DNA of 64,000 bases. It comes from Anthoceros angustus. Taxonomy: Eukaryota > Plantae > Anthocerotophyta. The notes beneath the pieces were generated by a model. That model had not been told where the DNA came from, ran no database searches, and was given only the letters and a program-made list of their open reading frames with translations. The first letter of the stretch is position 1, and every line of letters begins with the position of its first letter. Location: the NCBI GenBank assembly GCA_010909165.1, contig MU008172.1, positions 1 to 64,000 of the forward strand, written 5' to 3'. The position numbers were made by a program, and so were the translations under genes. Shown here in pieces: positions 60,822 to 64,000 of this stretch.

Positions 60822-62537
60822 TTGCTGCTTCTTTTGGAGTTTGTGCACTCCATTTTGTTCATACCGAACGTCTGCTGCAGCACATCGGACGGGAGGCCAG
60901 AGGCGAACAATGCCTTGGCTGCCTGCTGAGTGCCTGGATTTTGGCTGCTCAGGGCAGCAATTCCCCATGCAGGCCCGTCAAGATTTGACTGACCACTTCT
61001 CGTCAGACTGCCCATGCTCAGATTTCCGTCACTACAATGAATTCTGGAAACGTCCCGTCCAAACCGAGGTGCTTTACTTGCTGGTCCCGGTCCGAAGTCA
61101 TGGATGGAATAAAATAATGCTTGCTTGCCTGCCCCATCATCCGTTTTGAGTTTCACTACACGACTTGCGCTACACTACCTCATCATCCGCTTTAAGTTCT
61201 CAGTTGTTATGCACTCTTGTATGTAACACTCATCCCCCGACATGGGATATCCAGTACGTTCAGGCTTGAGCGCTCACAAACGGCTTGTGGGCTGCAACCG
61301 CAGCCTCACTCGGACTCCGACACGACCGGCCTCCCCGAGCCGCCGCCCAAACTTTTCTTGAGATGGTTGATGCCGTCCTGAGAGAAAGATCCTATAAAGG
61401 CAGCGAACTGTTGCTCTGAGACCTCAGCACTCGGCGCCATCTCGTAGGACCACGACACCGCAGTCGACCCCGGCTCAGTGCCTTAAGCTTGCGCCAGCTT
61501 CCACACGGCCAGGTTTTCCTCCATCTCCAGCACAGTGTAGGAATAAGAATAGTGCTCCTCGTCCATGGCCACCAGCTCCTCCACAGCGAAGCTCCCCGTC
61601 AGAGCCCCGGGGCCGGTGCTCACAACGTGGCGCACCGCTCCAGGCTTCTGGGCTTCCCCCGCCACCAGGCTGGAGCTAACGTTCGGGATCCATCGATCGA
61701 CTGGGACGAAGTCGGATGTGAGCTCCCAGACCTTGTCGATGGGTGCCTTCACTTGATCCACAACTGCCAACTTCCATTGCTTGCTTTCCTGGACCGGCGG
61801 GCCACCCATTGTGCATAAGCAGCTGGAAGTCAGTGTCCGGAACAAAGAAGTGATTCAGGAATTGAAGCAGGCGTTTCAACCAGTACCAACCTTTGAAACC
61901 GCTCTGCAAATCCTGACTGTCCTGATGCTGCCCCTGGTATGTCTATGATGGAGTCGGATGGGAAGTCCAATTTTACAGAATATCCTCAAGCGCAACGATC
62001 GATGTCCCTTTCGCCAGAGGCAAAGTGGCATCAAGAAGGTAATGTAGGGTAAGGCCGTCTAATACACGTGTGAAGACACGAGAAGAAATGTATTCCGCAC
62101 TTCCCCCTAACAGCCGGTGCTCCCTCTCAAAACGAGACATTTGGGCAAGATCCCTTCAGGATCCAACCAAGCCAAGCCAAGATCCCTTCTGCGCAAGCTG
62201 TGCCGGTCCAGAAGCAAGAGTAGAACCGCCTGGTACCGGTCCTGCCAAACTCGAAGCAGCATCGTTGCTGCCCCACCCGCAGATGTGTTTGCAGATGTAA
62301 GGGTTCCATCGCCCTGGTCTGATGAGCAGTAGAGAAAGAGCAGTCGATGCCATCGTGCAATTAAGACGATATCAAAAAGGAATTGGACGGGATACTATAG
62401 CATAGGTTTCATCATCAATCGGGGATGCTCTCGTATGAGTGACGGCCGTACACTCTACTGCTGCTGCTTCTGGAGTAGCATCACTTTCTTCTGGTTGTTA
62501 CCGAACGTCTGCTGCAGCACATGGGACGACAAGCCAG
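60822..62537. repeat. Dispersed ~80-bp direct repeat pair (60822-60900 and 62459-62537)
   Basis: Shared core accgaacgtctgctgcagcacat.ggacg with similar flanks. Confidence 0.7.
61306..61809 (-). pseudogene. SRPBCC / polyketide cyclase (lachrymatory-factor-synthase-like) gene with in-frame premature TAA
   Basis: VKAPIDKVWELTSDF...PGAVRHV...AVEELVAMDEEHYSYSYTVL; after TAA (61483-61485) the same frame gives STAVSWSYEMAP...FIGSFSQDGINHLKKSL, the expected last strand and helix. Confidence 0.8.
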
Positions 62538-62566
62538 ATGCCGTGTATGAAACCAGTCTCCGGGTG

Positions 62567-62711
62567 GGTGCCGGCAGGGCGCTGGTTTTGGGTTTCTAGA
62601 TGCATCCTCGCTTTCTTATGCACGACCTTGTTTAATCAGTACATCCGCAGCTCACAGGCCAGGGAGCGTACGTTTGAACATCAGCAAACACCCTTTCGAC
62701 AGTTCGAATCA
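62567..62711 (+). pseudogene. Degenerate duplicated fragment of NUP93 (exon end, intron, exon start)
   Basis: Aligns with 55886-56041: ggtgccggcagg, tctagatgca, gcagctcacagg, gtttgaaca, gaatca; SSQARERTFEHQQTPFRQFES vs SSQEREQMFEQQTAFRQLES. Confidence 0.85.
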
Positions 62712-63116
62712 GCAACTTCATTGTCGTTTTACTATTCACACTTGTCATTCTCGGATGTCATTTCCACCCGGGGTGCTTGACTTCCTAATCCTAATCCGAA
62801 GTATGGACAGAATGAATGAATGCTTGCTAACCCTGCACTATTCTAGAGCACAACCATCTCCTGAGGATTCACTGGAGGTCCCTGCAGGTGCTGGTGATCA
62901 GCAGAACTGCCCTATCAAGCGCTCTTCATGCTTCACATTTTCTTCAACAGCAGTGAGAAAATGTTGCAGTGAGGATCGTTCGACCGTTCAGTTTATCTGC
63001 CCATGCATCTGAACGATTCTTCCGTGTCCTTGTGAAGGGCCGGTTGGGTTGCCCTGCGCACACAATCTCCTACTTTACACACAAAAACGGCAGCCAACAG
63101 TCTGGAAGGGGAGCGC

Positions 63117-63746
63117 TCACTGCTGGATGCGGCGCTTGGCGTCCTCGGCGGTGTTTTGCGCGTTCTTGGACAGGTCGTCCAGGTTGGACTTGACAGTGGA
63201 GCCGGCCTGGGCCGCCTTGTTCTGCGCCTCCTGGCCCGCGCCGGTGATGCTGTCCTTGGCCTGGTCCAGCCCGCCCTTCACCTGGTCCTTGAGGCCCTCG
63301 GCCTGATTGCCCAGCCCGGACGCGTTGCCCTGCGCCTGAGACTTCAAGCCCTCGGCGTGGCTCTGGCCCTGAGACAGCGCGTCGTCAGTGCGGGAGCGCA
63401 GCTCATGCCCCGCGCCCTGCGCCTGCTCCTTGGCCTCGCCCGAGTTGCCTTGCACGAAATCGCTCGCCTGCTGCGCCGCTCCCTTCACCTTGTTGCTCAC
63501 GTTTCCGGCCGCTTCCTGCGCCTTGTCGAGAATGCCGCTGGGATCGTCCTCGCAGCGCACCAGCACGGTCGGCGCCCGGCGGGCGGCCGGGGCAGCCGCC
63601 CGGTGCCGCAGCCGCAGCCGCAGCCCCGCCAGGCTCGCGCTCGAGCTCTGCAGCCGCGCGCTACCGCTCACGGCGGGCGACCGCACCGACAAGGCGGACG
63701 GGGCGGCGACCGCGGACGCCATAACTGCCACGCTTGTAGCGGCCAT
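63117..63746 (-). CDS. Plastid-targeted group-3 LEA-like hydrophilic protein, single exon
   Basis: Ala/Ser/Arg-rich transit peptide ending VLVRC-E, then A/K/Q/D/G-rich amphipathic repeats (LDKAQEAAG, LDQAKDSITG). Confidence 0.75.
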   Translation of the reverse strand: MAATSVAVMASAVAAPSALSVRSPAVSGSARLQSSSASLAGLRLRLRHRAAAPAARRAPTVLVRCEDDPSGILDKAQEAAGNVSNKVKGAAQQASDFVQGNSGEAKEQAQGAGHELRSRTDDALSQGQSHAEGLKSQAQGNASGLGNQAEGLKDQVKGGLDQAKDSITGAGQEAQNKAAQAGSTVKSNLDDLSKNAQNTAEDAKRRIQQ

Positions 63747-64000
63747 TGCCGGAAGTGAAGAAGAAATGTGCGAGACGGGATGCCTTGTCGCGAGGATGAT
63801 TGCAGTGGGTCGTGAAGCGGAAGCTGAAAGAGACAGGAGAGCAGGTTCGGGTCGTGAAGAGTGAAGAAACTTGAGTGCCTGGACTGCCGCGGGAACGGCT
63901 TTTCTACTGCGCCGAGAGCAGATAACGGGGCGGGAGTGAAAAGCCAAGTCTGGGGGTGACAAGTGCCATGTTGCCGTGGCGGGCTCTCATTGCCCCTCGT

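Noticed and set aside
63156-63864. Plus-strand ORFs over the LEA-like gene
   Set aside because: GC-rich antisense shadows

Overview
Eukaryotic plant nuclear DNA (short GT-AG introns, PLS-class PPR genes with a PGQSWW box). This fits a seed-free land plant such as a hornwort or fern best, which is an inference. Left part (1-~28 kb) is repeat-derived. It has the 3' end of a Gypsy-like element (hairpin, PPT, LTR start at 8112) and then a 15.9-kb head-to-tail array of a non-autonomous Ty1/Copia derivative on the minus strand. The array has one LTR per ~5.2-kb unit and every unit lacks the RT core. It begins (8251) and ends (24151) at the same internal leader position, so it is a circularly permuted trimer, and the LTR itself appears to be a ~370-bp palindrome. 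A patchwork of Copia protease, PPR and AT-rich repeat fragments follows. The TE half is full of small indels typical of unpolished long-read consensus, so base-level details there are uncertain. Right part (28-64 kb) is gene dense and reads cleanly. Intact-looking genes: ANP32-like, a multi-exon giant coiled-coil gene, a PLS-E PPR, PIG-U, an intronless Rab GGTase beta, Abitram, NUP93, a TLC-domain gene and a plastid LEA-like gene. Disabled or fragmentary copies: PPR-SMR, PLS-PPR, F-box, SRPBCC, and duplicated TLC and NUP93 pieces. All assignments come from motif recognition by eye. No searches were run, and exon boundaries and TE limits are approximate.
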